Positions 9,186 through 19,962 of a DNA stretch of 64,000 bases are shown piece after piece. A program made the translations under genes and the position numbers. Within the stretch, counting starts at the first letter, position 1, and the number at the start of each line of letters is the position of its first letter. The notes under the pieces were generated by a model that had not been told where the DNA came from, ran no database searches, and worked only from the letters and a program-made list of their open reading frames with translations. The stretch is from Phycisphaerae bacterium (GTDB lineage Bacteria; Planctomycetota; Phycisphaerae; UBA1845): positions 192,001 to 256,000 of the forward strand of contig CAXXGO010000001.1 of assembly GCA_963666835.2 (NCBI GenBank). Reading direction: 5' to 3'.

Positions 9186-10859
9186 CTATTCCTGGCGGGT
9201 GACGCGCAGGGCTTCCTCAACGGTGGTCAGACCCTCACGGATCTTCTCGATGGCGTCATCCCGCAGGGTGATGGCGCCGTTTTTGATGGCATACTCCTGA
9301 AGTCGCTCCATCGAGGCCATCTCCATGACCAGGGCGGACAGCCCGGCGTCGAAGGGTACGAATTCGAAGACCCCGACCCGATCGAAGTATCCGGTCCGCA
9401 TGCACCGTGAACAGCCTGCCCCGCGGTAAATCTCAACACCCGTTCGATCCAGCGGGATGTTCATAATCTGTCGTTCGGTGCGGTTCGGAGTGTACGGCTT
9501 CCGGCAGTTCGTACAGATCTTTCGGACCAGTCGCTGGGCCATGACCCCGATCAAACCGCTCGCCACCAGGTACGGCTCACATCCCATTTCAAGCAGCCGG
9601 GTAACCGACCCGACGGCCGAGTTCGTGTGCAACGTGGCAAACACCAGGTGCCCGGTCAGAGACGCTTCTAAGGCAAGGTGTGCCGTCTCCTCGTCGCGAA
9701 TCTCGCCGACCATAACCACGTCCGGATCGTGCCGGAGAATACTGCGCAGCGCGCGGGCGAAGGAAACGCCGTACTCGGCATCCACGGAAACCTGATTTAC
9801 TCCCGGGATGTGGTACTCGACCGGGTCCTCCACCGTAATGATGTGTTTGTCCACAACGTTAATGCACTGCAGCGCCGCGTATAGTGTCGTGCTCTTGCCA
9901 CTCCCGGTCGGCCCGGTGAGCAGGATAATCCCGTAGGGCCGGCGGATCAGCCGCTCGAACGCCTGCCGGAGCTCCACCCCCATCCCGAGGTTCTCCAACG
10001 TGAGGCGTGAACGATCGGAGGATAACAGCCGCAGAGTCGCCCGCTCACCCCGGGCTACCGGAATGATGGCGACCCTAACGTCCACCTGCTGATCGAAACT
10101 GCGGTGGCTGAAACGCCCGTCCAGCGGCTTGCGCCGCTCCGTAATGTCCAACGAGCACAAGACCTTTAAACGCGACAATAACGCCGCCGAAACATCCAGC
10201 GGATAGGCCCGCACTTCCACCATCCGCCCGTCGATTCGCAGACGAACACGCAGCCGGTCGTCCTCCGGCTCCAGATGGATGTCACTCGCCCGGCGGTCCA
10301 CGGCCTCATCCAGAATGCTGTCCAACTGCTCGACCATGCTGAGCCCGGTCGCCGAGGTGGTGGCCACACTGGCCGAAGTGGGAGCCGTGGGGCGCATTCG
10401 CGCCCCCTGAGCGCGAGCCCCCCCATAAACTTCGTCGAGGGTCTCAACGATCTGATAACGCGGGCTCACCACCAGTTGCACCGGACGGTCGAAGCGAGAG
10501 GCTACCGCCGCCTGGACCGAAGGGTCCACCGGATCCGCTACCGTAGCAACAAGCTGTCCGGCCACCTCACCGAAGAGCAGGCAGATCTTCTGCCGGGCGA
10601 TATTTTCGGGGAAGGTAAGTGCCCACGCCCGCGATGGGCGGCGCCGCGTTAGATCCAAGTAACGAACGCCGCTCAAGTCCGCATAGACCCGGGCGACGTC
10701 TATCTCGCTTATCACGTCATGGGCTTGCAGAATCTCGACGATCGGCAGGCCCATTAACTCCGATTCTCGGCGCATCGCGGCCAGGCCGACGGGGGTCAAC
10801 GTGCCCTCGTCCAGCAAACTCGAGACAATTCGCTGCTCGGCAGACTCTGCGGCAATCAT
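9186..10859 (-). CDS. GspE/PilB family secretion/pilus ATPase
   Basis: ASDIHLEP, Walker A GPTGSGKSTT, TVEDPVEY, DPDVVMVGEIRD, TGHLVFATLHTN, CxxC zinc motifs. Confidence 0.95.
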   Translation of the reverse strand: MIAAESAEQRIVSSLLDEGTLTPVGLAAMRRESELMGLPIVEILQAHDVISEIDVARVYADLSGVRYLDLTRRRPSRAWALTFPENIARQKICLLFGEVAGQLVATVADPVDPSVQAAVASRFDRPVQLVVSPRYQIVETLDEVYGGARAQGARMRPTAPTSASVATTSATGLSMVEQLDSILDEAVDRRASDIHLEPEDDRLRVRLRIDGRMVEVRAYPLDVSAALLSRLKVLCSLDITERRKPLDGRFSHRSFDQQVDVRVAIIPVARGERATLRLLSSDRSRLTLENLGMGVELRQAFERLIRRPYGIILLTGPTGSGKSTTLYAALQCINVVDKHIITVEDPVEYHIPGVNQVSVDAEYGVSFARALRSILRHDPDVVMVGEIRDEETAHLALEASLTGHLVFATLHTNSAVGSVTRLLEMGCEPYLVASGLIGVMAQRLVRKICTNCRKPYTPNRTERQIMNIPLDRTGVEIYRGAGCSRCMRTGYFDRVGVFEFVPFDAGLSALVMEMASMERLQEYAIKNGAITLRDDAIEKIREGLTTVEEALRVTRQE

Positions 10860-10909
10860 GGCAACAACTGACCATAAGCGGGAGCCCTCACCTTACGCAG
10901 GGCGATCCC

Positions 10910-12520
10910 CTATCCGAAGCCGAGTACGAGAACCAAAGCGTCGTCGTCAGGCTGAGCCCCGGCCAGATGGTTCGACCACGTCAGCCCAATGCGCGACAGA
11001 ACGTCCATGGCCGTCCCCCAGGCGGCGCGATCCAGAAACGTATCGTGCAAGCGGTTATCGCCGAGCGTCTCTCCGGCGGAGTTAGTCGCCTCCACCAGGC
11101 CGTTGGTATGACACACCAGCCGGAATGAGTCCGGCAGATCCACCCGGGTGCCCTCATAGAGGTAATCCCGATCGATCCCCAGAACCAGCGAGGGCTGGTC
11201 CAGAGTTATCAACCGCCCCGGCGCTATCATCAACAGCGGCGCCATGCACCCGGCGTTGATGTACACCAGCTTCCCGGATGCCATGTCAATCCCGACGTAC
11301 GCACACGGAATCACCTGCCGGGCTCGCGAGGAAGCCACCATGTGGTTCAGCTCGTTGAAAACCGGGGCAGGGTCCATTAAGGACTCTTCCGCGACGGCCA
11401 ACGCCGCCCGAATCCCCGCGCGAATCGTAGTAGATTGCACGATACCGTTTATGCCCTGCCCGCCGCCGTCGACTACGAGACAACACGCCCGCTGTTCATC
11501 GAGGTGCAACACATCACCGAAATCGCCACAGCGCGCCCGGCCCGGATAGCACTTCAACGCCGTGTCGAACGAGTCGTTGGACGCGGCCGGATAGCTTAGT
11601 GACGCCTGCACGCGCCGCAGCATGGTCATCCACGCCACGCCCTCGCGCGCCGCCGACCGCACTAGCCGCCGAGAAGCTTCCCCGAGCATTGCCCCCAGTT
11701 GCGCCCCGGCCGCCATGCAATATTGCAGCGCGGAGGCTTGGAACGGCTTCTTCGCCGTCGGTCGGTCGACATACAACACCCCGACCACCTCACCCCGGAA
11801 CGTCAGCGGTGCGACGACGGCCGTCGCCGCAAAGCCCAGCTTCGGATTGATCTTCGACGCCGACTGCGGATACCTACCGGCCACCTGCTGCAGCACGGGA
11901 GCCATCAAGAAGGATTGACTCACCGATTTGGCCGAGCCATCCACCGGTCGGCGCATGGCTCGCTGGGCCAGCGGGCGCATGTCCGTCTTCTTCTCTCCGC
12001 GCAAAGCGATGATCGCCCGATCCGCCTGGACGTCCAGAACGATCTGCCCTAACGCCGCTTCCGCGATGTCTTCCGGGCGGGCCATCAACGCCTGATCGCT
12101 CCACAACAGCGCCAATTGCTCCATTTGCGCATTAGTCATGGAGATCGGGTGCCGGACCTTGGCCCAGTCACAATCCGGCGGGTCGGTTTGGTCGGTACTG
12201 ACGAAATCGGGATCGAGTTTCTCGGTGCCGGAATCGTCGAGGAACTCCAGTACGTGTTCCCCGACCCGGATCACGTCGCCCCCGATTAGCAGCGTCTCGG
12301 CGATGAGTTCACCGTTGACGTACGTCTTGTTCCGGCTGCCCAGATCGCGGATTCGGAATCGCCCGTCCGATTCCATATCGATGCGCACGTGCTCGCGCGA
12401 GATCAACTCACCATCGAAGACAATCTGACAGGTCGGGGCTCTGCCAATCACGAACCCTTCGGTATCAAGAGTACGCGTGACAAGCTGGTGCGATTCGTCG
12501 ATGTAGCGTAGCAGAGCCAT
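10910..12520 (-). CDS. FHA + GAF + SpoIIE/PP2C-like domain protein
   Basis: FHA (IGRAPTC, ISREH, DLGSRNKTYVNG); GAF (APLTFRGEVVGVLYVD); SpoIIE-like C-terminus (YINAG, HTNGLVEA, DDDALV). Confidence 0.88.
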   Translation of the reverse strand: MALLRYIDESHQLVTRTLDTEGFVIGRAPTCQIVFDGELISREHVRIDMESDGRFRIRDLGSRNKTYVNGELIAETLLIGGDVIRVGEHVLEFLDDSGTEKLDPDFVSTDQTDPPDCDWAKVRHPISMTNAQMEQLALLWSDQALMARPEDIAEAALGQIVLDVQADRAIIALRGEKKTDMRPLAQRAMRRPVDGSAKSVSQSFLMAPVLQQVAGRYPQSASKINPKLGFAATAVVAPLTFRGEVVGVLYVDRPTAKKPFQASALQYCMAAGAQLGAMLGEASRRLVRSAAREGVAWMTMLRRVQASLSYPAASNDSFDTALKCYPGRARCGDFGDVLHLDEQRACCLVVDGGGQGINGIVQSTTIRAGIRAALAVAEESLMDPAPVFNELNHMVASSRARQVIPCAYVGIDMASGKLVYINAGCMAPLLMIAPGRLITLDQPSLVLGIDRDYLYEGTRVDLPDSFRLVCHTNGLVEATNSAGETLGDNRLHDTFLDRAAWGTAMDVLSRIGLTWSNHLAGAQPDDDALVLVLGFG

Positions 12521-12616
12521 ACCCAATTACTATAGTCGGCCTCACTTCACTGGCAAGGGGGCTCCGCAAGACCGTTCTGATTGCGTTTCCCGCAAACTCG
12601 GCGCAGATTGGGGCTC

Positions 12617-13396
12617 ATGGCAACTGAACCTCCAATGAAAGACGTGCCGGACCTGTTCGATTCGGCAGAACGCTACGATAAGTCGATCAATTGGGAGGCC
12701 CGCTTTGGCCGTGAGCTACCCATGCTGCAAAAGGTGCTCGGCCCCCCGCGTGCGCAAGGCCTGCTGGATGCCGGTTGCGGTACGGGGCGACATGCCCGCG
12801 CCCTTGCCGGTCTCGGCTACACCGTCGTCGGGGCGGACCTCAGCGCAGACATGATCCGCATTGCCCGGCGTGACTCGGCCACCGCAGCGCCGTCGCCGGA
12901 GTTTGTCATCGCTGCCTTCGAGGGCATGCAGGATGTTGTCCAACGCGAGTTCGACGGGCTGTATTGTCTGGGCAACGCACTCGCCGCCGCCGGAACCCGC
13001 GAAGCGGTCCGCCGGGCGCTCGCGGAATTCGGCCTTTGCTTACGCCCGGGCGGACGTCTGTTCTGCCAAATACTGAACTTCGCCAGAATGCGGAGAGAGC
13101 AGCCTTGCGTACGCGGTCCGCGCCGAGCGGTCGTCGAGAATCGGGAGTATGTCTCCGTGCGGCTCTTCCACTTCCGTGAGGATCAGGCCGAGGTTACCAA
13201 TGTCACTTTGTGGCATGACGGCGATTGGCAGAAACGCGCCCACTGTGCGTATCTCTACCCGATGGAACTTGGCGAGTTCCGAGCGTTCTGCGAACAGGCG
13301 GGCATGCGGGTCGACTACGTCTGGGGAGACTACGCGCGAAGTCCGTTCGATCCGGAGCGTTCCGTGGATCTGCTATTAGCCGCTACGCGGTTGTAG
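12617..13396 (+). CDS. Class I SAM-dependent methyltransferase
   Basis: LLDAGCGTGRHA motif I; GADLSADM; FDGLYCLGN. Confidence 0.9.
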   Translation: MATEPPMKDVPDLFDSAERYDKSINWEARFGRELPMLQKVLGPPRAQGLLDAGCGTGRHARALAGLGYTVVGADLSADMIRIARRDSATAAPSPEFVIAAFEGMQDVVQREFDGLYCLGNALAAAGTREAVRRALAEFGLCLRPGGRLFCQILNFARMRREQPCVRGPRRAVVENREYVSVRLFHFREDQAEVTNVTLWHDGDWQKRAHCAYLYPMELGEFRAFCEQAGMRVDYVWGDYARSPFDPERSVDLLLAATRL

Positions 13397-15041
13397 GTGC
13401 CGCGGGGACCCGTTCGGGGACCGTACCGCGGGCTTGTCGAGCGACTCGAACGTTGTACGGAGCAACCGGGCCGTCGGACGAGTCGGACCGGCAATGCACC
13501 CCCAGCGACTCGGTCCGCTCCAGCGCGGACATCGCCACCAATCGGGCAACGGCGAGTTTGTTCTGCGTCTCCCAGCCGGTCCGGTCGTCGAAGGTCTTAT
13601 CCAGCGTGAAGCGCTCCCAGAACTTGAGGATATCACACGTCTCCGCCAGCCGTTCGCCGCTCCGGACGATCCCGACGTTACGCCACATCACGCTGCGAAG
13701 AGAGTGACAGATATCTGCCAGGTCCAATTCCGTGCGGGCGGATTCGGGGTTCTTGCTGACCGCATCGCGCACCGGCGCCGCCTGGGGTAGCTCGGCCCCG
13801 CGGCGAACCGCGGTTTGCCCCGCCAGCTTGCCGAAGACCAGCCCTTCCAGAAGCGAGTTGCTCGCCAAACGGTTCGCCCCGTGTACCCCGGTGGATGCCG
13901 CTTCTCCGCAGCAAAGCAGACCTTCTACGGAAGTAGTCCCGTCCACGCCGGCCTCTACCCCGCCGATCATGTAGTGCGCGCTGGGACGGACCGGGATCAG
14001 GTCACGAGTTACGTCAATATCGAAGTCGGCGCAGAGCTTGGCAATCTGAGGGAAACGATCGGCGAAACCGGACATGTGCCGGACATCGAGGAAGACGCAG
14101 TTCGAGTTCGTGACTCTGATGTGCTCGACAATTGCCTGGCTGACCACGTCGCGCGAAGCCAGCTCCGCCTCCGGATGATATCCGGGCATGAACCGGTCCC
14201 CGGCTCGGTCAACCAGATACGCGCCTTCACCTCGTACCGCCTCGGAGATCAACGCCCGCCCCGCACCCGCTACGTAAAGCGTGGTCGGATGAAACTGCAT
14301 TAAGTCCATATTGCGGAGGGCGGCTCCCGCCCGGTACGCCGCAGCCAGCCCGTCGCCAGTGGCCATCGGCGGGTTGGTCGTCTCCCGCCAGAGCTGCCCG
14401 CACCCCCCGGACGCCAGGATGGTTTGCTTCGCCCAAATCAACTGATGTCCGTGGCTGCGATGAAAGGTGACCGCACCCCGGCATACCCCCTCAGTGGTGA
14501 CCAGATCGATAAGGAAGCAATGCTCAAAAACGCGAATATTGGCGCTGGCGGCGATCCGCTCGGTGAGGGTGCCCACCAGAGCTTCCCCCGTCCGGTCGCC
14601 GTGGGCGTGCACTACCCGGTTAAGCGAATGCCCGCCCTCGCGTGTCAACGCCGGTACCGATCCGCAACGGTCGATCGGCAGCCCCCAATCCGCCAGTTCC
14701 TTGATACAGCTCGGCCCGTTGGTGACGAGGATCTCGACCGCCAGGGGGTCGTTCAGCCCGCAACCGGCGCGTATCGTATCGGCCGCGTGCCGCTCCGCAG
14801 AGTCGCCGGAGTCCAGCGCCGCCGCGACCCCGCCCTGAGCGTGACGGGTCGTGGAATCCTGCAGATCCCCTTTGGTGAGCATCACCACCGGACCGGATTC
14901 TGCGGCCTCGAGCGCCGCGCGCGCTCCGGCGACCCCGCTTCCGATAACCAGGACATCGGTAAGGGCATTGCCCGTGCGGGTCGAATCGAAGTCTGTCAGG
15001 TACCGTCGGATATCCAGTAGCTCGGCCATGGCGCGGCTCAT
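13383..15041 (-). CDS. nadB: L-aspartate oxidase
   Basis: VIGSGVAG, AQGGVAAA, REGGHS, QFHPT, LISEAVRGEG, HYMIGG, GVHGANRLASNSLLEG. Confidence 0.95.
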   Translation of the reverse strand: MSRAMAELLDIRRYLTDFDSTRTGNALTDVLVIGSGVAGARAALEAAESGPVVMLTKGDLQDSTTRHAQGGVAAALDSGDSAERHAADTIRAGCGLNDPLAVEILVTNGPSCIKELADWGLPIDRCGSVPALTREGGHSLNRVVHAHGDRTGEALVGTLTERIAASANIRVFEHCFLIDLVTTEGVCRGAVTFHRSHGHQLIWAKQTILASGGCGQLWRETTNPPMATGDGLAAAYRAGAALRNMDLMQFHPTTLYVAGAGRALISEAVRGEGAYLVDRAGDRFMPGYHPEAELASRDVVSQAIVEHIRVTNSNCVFLDVRHMSGFADRFPQIAKLCADFDIDVTRDLIPVRPSAHYMIGGVEAGVDGTTSVEGLLCCGEAASTGVHGANRLASNSLLEGLVFGKLAGQTAVRRGAELPQAAPVRDAVSKNPESARTELDLADICHSLRSVMWRNVGIVRSGERLAETCDILKFWERFTLDKTFDDRTGWETQNKLAVARLVAMSALERTESLGVHCRSDSSDGPVAPYNVRVARQARGTVPERVPAAPTTA

Positions 15042-15224
15042 GGTAGGCAGGGGGGGATTCCACCGCAATCCCACCCCACCGGGCACTTGTGCACGCCTGC
15101 TGACGTTCGGGGGCACCGAATCGGGCACACCACCTCTAAGACCGTCTTACCCAATGACCGATATTATGGGCGTGGGGAATCCCCGTACCGGCGGTCCGGC
15201 GATAAGCGATCCGGATGCGAACTC

Positions 15225-17885
15225 ATGACCACGACCGTGCGCACGATTGTCTGTCTAGCCTGGGCGATGAGTATCTGCCCGGGCACGCTCGGTGGAACAT
15301 CTGATGAAACCGAGCCGGCCTCGGCGCGCGTCGTTCACCGGTTCGATTTCGATGAGCGCGCCGCCGGGAACCTGGAGGACATTCCAAGATACTGGCTCCC
15401 GCTGCGCCCGCCGGGGTTTCCCAGGTTCGCCGTCGGGGAGTTTGACTTCGAAGTGGGGCGGGCGGCGCCCCCGTCGTTCTACTTGGGATGTAACGGGCGA
15501 CAAGTCGCATATCAATACAACGGCCCCGAAACACGCGTGCGGGCCAACAGCGCATACCGGATCGAGGCATTCGTTCGACCGGATCGCCTGGTCAGCGCCC
15601 GAGCGTGTCTCAGTGCCCATTTTCTGGACAAACACGGACGAATCCTCCTGGATACGATGGTGCGATCCCAACACGTCGGGGGTGCCTCGGGGCCGAGTGG
15701 ATGGTCTCGATTGGAACTGTATCTTCCGGCTGCCCCCAAGGAGGCTGCAAGGGTGGGGTTGGTCGCCTGGATCCTCCAGGAGCCGCTATGGGACACCGCG
15801 GCGCTTCCTAAGTGGCATATCCCCCGGGTCGACGTGCAGGCCGGGGCCTGGTTCGACGACATCACGATTCACGCCTTGCCTCAAGTGGAATTGGGCACCA
15901 GTGCCCCCGGCAATGTCCTTACGGCCGATGGTCCCCAAGAGCTTCGGATCGTCCTGGCAGACAATGAATCGGAGGGACTGACGGGGCTTCTCAAGATCCG
16001 AGCCGCGGATGGCGACCTCGTCGAGCGCCGTTCGTTGGTCGTCGTCACCGAAGAACATGTCGAGCCCACGGTTATTCCGGTGGACCATCTCGATCCGGGG
16101 CTCTACGTGGCTCAACTTCAAGTACTCTCAGGCGATACGGAAGTGATCTCGCGTAGCTTAGCCTTCGCCCGGCTGGCCCCGTCGTATCGCGTCGGGGACG
16201 GTAATGCCCGCCCGTTCGGAGTGGTAGTCGAGCCGGGCTCCCGGAGTGACAGCGAGACCGAGTTGAATCTGCTGCAGCGTCAAACGGTCCGTTCGGTTAA
16301 GTTGCCCGTGTGGACGGGTCTGGCGCAAGACCCGCCGACGCCGGCCCAGCGCCGCGCCGCGGACCATCTTATCCAGGAACTCGTCCGGGAGGGGTTCGCT
16401 CTGACCGGGGTGTTCTACGGATCCCCGAGCGCAATCATGCGCAACGCCGGCCCCTACCCGCGCCCGCTGCTCGACCTTCTCAGCGACAAACCCAGCTTAT
16501 GGCAAGAGCACATGGCTGCCGTCGTGGCTCCCAACGCCGGAACGTTTCGTTGGTGGCAGGTAGGCCCGGATGGTCCCGATGGGCCGGTGAACACGGAGAA
16601 GCTCTCAACTGCGGTGGGCCGGTTGCGCGAGGCGATGAGCCGGTTTATCACCGTGCCCCAACTGTCGACTTCGGCGGCCATGTCGGTCGAGCCGGCGTCG
16701 GAGAAACTGCCGGTTGAGCAGATCACACTGGCCGCCGGTGCGGAGATCCCCCCAGGCTGGCTGGCTTCCCAACTCGCCAGGTTCGCCGAACAGGGCTATG
16801 ACCGAGTATCGTTGTATATTGAGCCGCTTTCCGCCCAGGAGTATCGCCGTGTACCCCGACTGGCGGATTGGGCTCGGAGAATCCTCACCGCGAGATTCGC
16901 CGGGGTGGATACGATCTTTGTGCCACAAACCTGGCATGTACGGGACACGGCCTTCGGTCGGGTGACCGAACCCACCGAAGAGTTCATCGTCCTCCGCACG
17001 ATCGCCGATGTGATCGCCGATACGATTCCCGCCCAGCACGTTCGGCTCGGCTCCGGAATCGAGTGCTTCGCGTTCCGCGAGGGCGACTCGGTCATCCTGG
17101 CCGTCTGGGACGCTCAGGCTCCCCCCGAAGGTCGCAAGTTCCCGGTGCAACTGGGACAGGCTCAACGCCAGATCGATCTGTGGGGACGCTCGACCCGCTT
17201 GCACCACGACGAGCACGGTCGGCAGATTCTGCACCTGTCCTCCGCACCGATTTTCGTCGACGGCATCGAACGGTGGCTCATCGATCTGCGCACCTCCCTC
17301 AACATCCGACCCGACAAAATCGAATCCGGGACGGAACTCGCCCATCACCAGGTCGAGTTCGCTTACTACGGTTCCAAACCCGTCTCCGGAGACGTTTTTC
17401 TCGATGCCCCGGAACCCTGGGAGGTCAGCCCGCGGGCGCTTAGCTTCGCCATCATGCCCCAGCGAACCGAGACTCTGCCCATACAAGTCCGCTATCCCCA
17501 CAATGAGGTTGCGGGAGTCAGGGACGTGGTTGCCAAGCTGTCTTTGAGCAGCGACGACTACTACCTGGAGGTGCCGTTGTCGATTGAGATCGGCCTGGAA
17601 GCCGTCGAGGTCTCGGGGCTGGCGGTGATCGAAGGAACCGACCTGGTCGTCCGACACACGCTTACCAACCGTTCAGACGAGGTCATTCACTTTCGGGGCG
17701 CCGCCCAAGTCTCGGGTCGGCAACGGCAGTATCGCCCGTTCTCCAACCTCCAGCCGGGCGACACGCAGACCGCGGTCTATCGATTCGCCAACGCTCAGAA
17801 CCTGGCCGGGAGCACAGTCCGCGTCGGCCTGCGGGAAATGAACGACGGCCCCCGCACGCATACCTTGGAACTGACCGTTCCGTGA
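15225..17885 (+). CDS. Large secreted hypothetical protein (carbohydrate-binding-like N-domain, central alpha/beta region, Ig-like C-terminal domains)
   Basis: Signal-like N-terminus; AWFDDITI jelly-roll-type ending; long uninterrupted ORF. Confidence 0.7.
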   Translation: MTTTVRTIVCLAWAMSICPGTLGGTSDETEPASARVVHRFDFDERAAGNLEDIPRYWLPLRPPGFPRFAVGEFDFEVGRAAPPSFYLGCNGRQVAYQYNGPETRVRANSAYRIEAFVRPDRLVSARACLSAHFLDKHGRILLDTMVRSQHVGGASGPSGWSRLELYLPAAPKEAARVGLVAWILQEPLWDTAALPKWHIPRVDVQAGAWFDDITIHALPQVELGTSAPGNVLTADGPQELRIVLADNESEGLTGLLKIRAADGDLVERRSLVVVTEEHVEPTVIPVDHLDPGLYVAQLQVLSGDTEVISRSLAFARLAPSYRVGDGNARPFGVVVEPGSRSDSETELNLLQRQTVRSVKLPVWTGLAQDPPTPAQRRAADHLIQELVREGFALTGVFYGSPSAIMRNAGPYPRPLLDLLSDKPSLWQEHMAAVVAPNAGTFRWWQVGPDGPDGPVNTEKLSTAVGRLREAMSRFITVPQLSTSAAMSVEPASEKLPVEQITLAAGAEIPPGWLASQLARFAEQGYDRVSLYIEPLSAQEYRRVPRLADWARRILTARFAGVDTIFVPQTWHVRDTAFGRVTEPTEEFIVLRTIADVIADTIPAQHVRLGSGIECFAFREGDSVILAVWDAQAPPEGRKFPVQLGQAQRQIDLWGRSTRLHHDEHGRQILHLSSAPIFVDGIERWLIDLRTSLNIRPDKIESGTELAHHQVEFAYYGSKPVSGDVFLDAPEPWEVSPRALSFAIMPQRTETLPIQVRYPHNEVAGVRDVVAKLSLSSDDYYLEVPLSIEIGLEAVEVSGLAVIEGTDLVVRHTLTNRSDEVIHFRGAAQVSGRQRQYRPFSNLQPGDTQTAVYRFANAQNLAGSTVRVGLREMNDGPRTHTLELTVP

Positions 17886-18192
17886 GCACGAGGGCTCGCC
17901 GAGCGTGCCGTGACCGACTCGCCGCCCCGCCGTTTTCACAACGAACATCGCCCATTCGATTCCATTTGGACAGTATGATTAGCAGCACGCATTACATGGT
18001 GACGCTTGCGGAGGTCTGCAAAGAAAGTCGATTGTCCGCAATTGGTGACTGGCGTCTTGCCTTCGGTGATCCTATACTTATCGGCAGCGCTGTCGTGGGG
18101 GGCAGCGCGTGGTGCAAGATAGTTAACCCGCGGGGCATTTCACACAAAGCCGCCCGGCGGACGATTAACTAGTGAATGGAGGTACGCAGGTT

Positions 18193-19008
18193 ATGTCCAG
18201 ACGTGTCTTTGCGGTGGCGGTATTGGCGGCGGTATGGTTCGCGGCGGCGGCTTCGGCCCAGACGTTTACCAAGAGCTCCAGCCCCCTCGGCTCGGCAGCG
18301 CACACGAAGGCTCCGCAGGATGTCGCGAGGATGTTGCTTCGTCAGAAGGTTGATGTCATCGAGTGGGACGAGAAGCCCTTCGAAGAAGTAATCATGTGGC
18401 TGCGCGACGATATGGGCGACGACAAAGTCAATGTCATTCCTAGGTGGAATGCCCTTGACGTCGAGGGCGCCGATCGTGATGTCGCCGTGACTCTTACGCT
18501 CAAAAACGTCACCGTGGCGGTTGTGCTTGACGAAGTGTTGGATCAGTTGAGCGAGGACGGTCAGCTTACGTATCATGCATACGGCAACACCTTGAAGATA
18601 TCCACGAGGTCTGATTTTGATCGCAAGCTGGAATCGCGCGTCTATGAGGTATCCGATCTCCTCTTTGAGATTCCCGACTTCGGCCGTGATGCCCCGACCG
18701 TTGACCTGGAGGCCGCAGCCCGAGCCGGCGGTAGTGGTGGTGGCAGCAGTGGTCAGAGTATTTTCAGCGGAAGCAGCAGCGGTGGCTCAGAGGAACTCGA
18801 GCAGGAAGAACAGGCGCTTGAGGATCGGATCGCCGCTCTTCAGACCCTGATCCGGGACACAATCGCGCCCGAGTCCTGGGCCGGCGAAGAAGGACAGGCC
18901 GGCGGTGGCGGGCTGGGCCGCATCCGCGTCTTCGACAACCGGGTTCTTATTGTCCTCAACACTGTCGAGGTCCACGAGGAACTCGCCGGGTATTTCGTCC
19001 GGAAGTAA
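18193..19008 (+). CDS. Periplasmic protein resembling secretin N-terminal (STN/N3) domains, without a secretin barrel
   Basis: Signal peptide; VTLTLKNVTVAVVLDEVL; RVYEVSDLL; LIRDTIAPESW; LIVLNTVEVHEEL. Confidence 0.7.
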   Translation: MSRRVFAVAVLAAVWFAAAASAQTFTKSSSPLGSAAHTKAPQDVARMLLRQKVDVIEWDEKPFEEVIMWLRDDMGDDKVNVIPRWNALDVEGADRDVAVTLTLKNVTVAVVLDEVLDQLSEDGQLTYHAYGNTLKISTRSDFDRKLESRVYEVSDLLFEIPDFGRDAPTVDLEAAARAGGSGGGSSGQSIFSGSSSGGSEELEQEEQALEDRIAALQTLIRDTIAPESWAGEEGQAGGGGLGRIRVFDNRVLIVLNTVEVHEELAGYFVRK

Positions 19009-19108
19009 GGGCACCCCGAGGTATTGTTATCCTGCACGCGGTCGACCGGGGAATCTCGGTCCGGGGTCGGTTTGTGGGCTGACCGGTCTGCCGGCCCGAT
19101 CCGGCAAC

Positions 19109-19191
19109 TGGGCGAGGCGGGACTCGAACCCGCACGTCCTTTCGGACAAGGGATTTTAAATCCCTTGCGTCTGCCATTCCGCCACTCGCCC
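19109..19191 (-). tRNA. tRNA-Leu (TAA)
   Basis: GGGCGAG/CTCGCCC acceptor stem, AGGGA-TTTAAAA-TCCCT anticodon arm, long variable arm, GGTTCGAGTCC T-arm; CCA not encoded. Confidence 0.97.
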
Positions 19192-19429
19192 CGGCGGTTT
19201 GCCGGTCGAACAAACCGCGCCTACTCATCCGACCGTCCCGGCTATTGTTGTACGCCGTCCCATGCCTGGCAAGACCGCCGACCGCGCGGTCTGTCGACAA
19301 ACCGTTCCCCCAACCGGTCTCGACGTTCCGGGGCAGCTACATGACCGTTTTGCCATCGGGCGTTCGGCAGGTAGTATCAACCAGCAACGGAACTTCCCGG
19401 TCATCCGAGACCACCTTGGAGGAGGTTAT

Positions 19430-19807
19430 ATGCGATACGTGCTTGCCGTTGTTCTGATCGCGGCGGTTGCCATCGGGGTCTACGTCTACCGGCACGACGC
19501 CGCCAGCAGCCAAGTTAAGAATGCGACCTTGGGAATCGCCGACGACATGGCACTTTTCGAGCCGGAACGAGCCGAAGTCCGCATCTTGATAAGCCGTTAT
19601 CACGAGCAGGCCTTCAACAAAGCCCTGGACATCGTAAAGGACTCCGGGCACAAGTTCGACGCGGACGCCTATCTCGGGGAGATCTTCACCTTGATCACCG
19701 CCGATCTGCGGGAAAACGGGCGTGGTTCAATCGCCGACAAGATCGACGCCGAAAAGGGCACGTTCTCGATCGCGATCGGTGAGTACCATTGCAAGAGAGG
19801 CGGATAG
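19430..19807 (+). CDS. Small membrane-anchored hypothetical protein
   Basis: GGAGG RBS; MRYVLAVVLIAAVAIGVYVY N-terminal TM segment. Confidence 0.75.
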   Translation: MRYVLAVVLIAAVAIGVYVYRHDAASSQVKNATLGIADDMALFEPERAEVRILISRYHEQAFNKALDIVKDSGHKFDADAYLGEIFTLITADLRENGRGSIADKIDAEKGTFSIAIGEYHCKRGG

Positions 19808-19962
19808 GGAAGGTGTCAGGATGATCTTCCAGCCATCCGAAGAGTCATTCTGGCCGGGTGGCCCGTCCTTTTGTCTTTGCCGTACGGTCCGGACTTTTGC
19901 GGGCCGTTCAATGGCACTCCCGCCGGACGTGGGGGAGCCGATGACCAGCGGTCGACAATCGC

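Noticed and set aside
19109..19191. tRNA as an integration site for an island
   Set aside because: No integrase and no duplicated tRNA 3' end seen in the window
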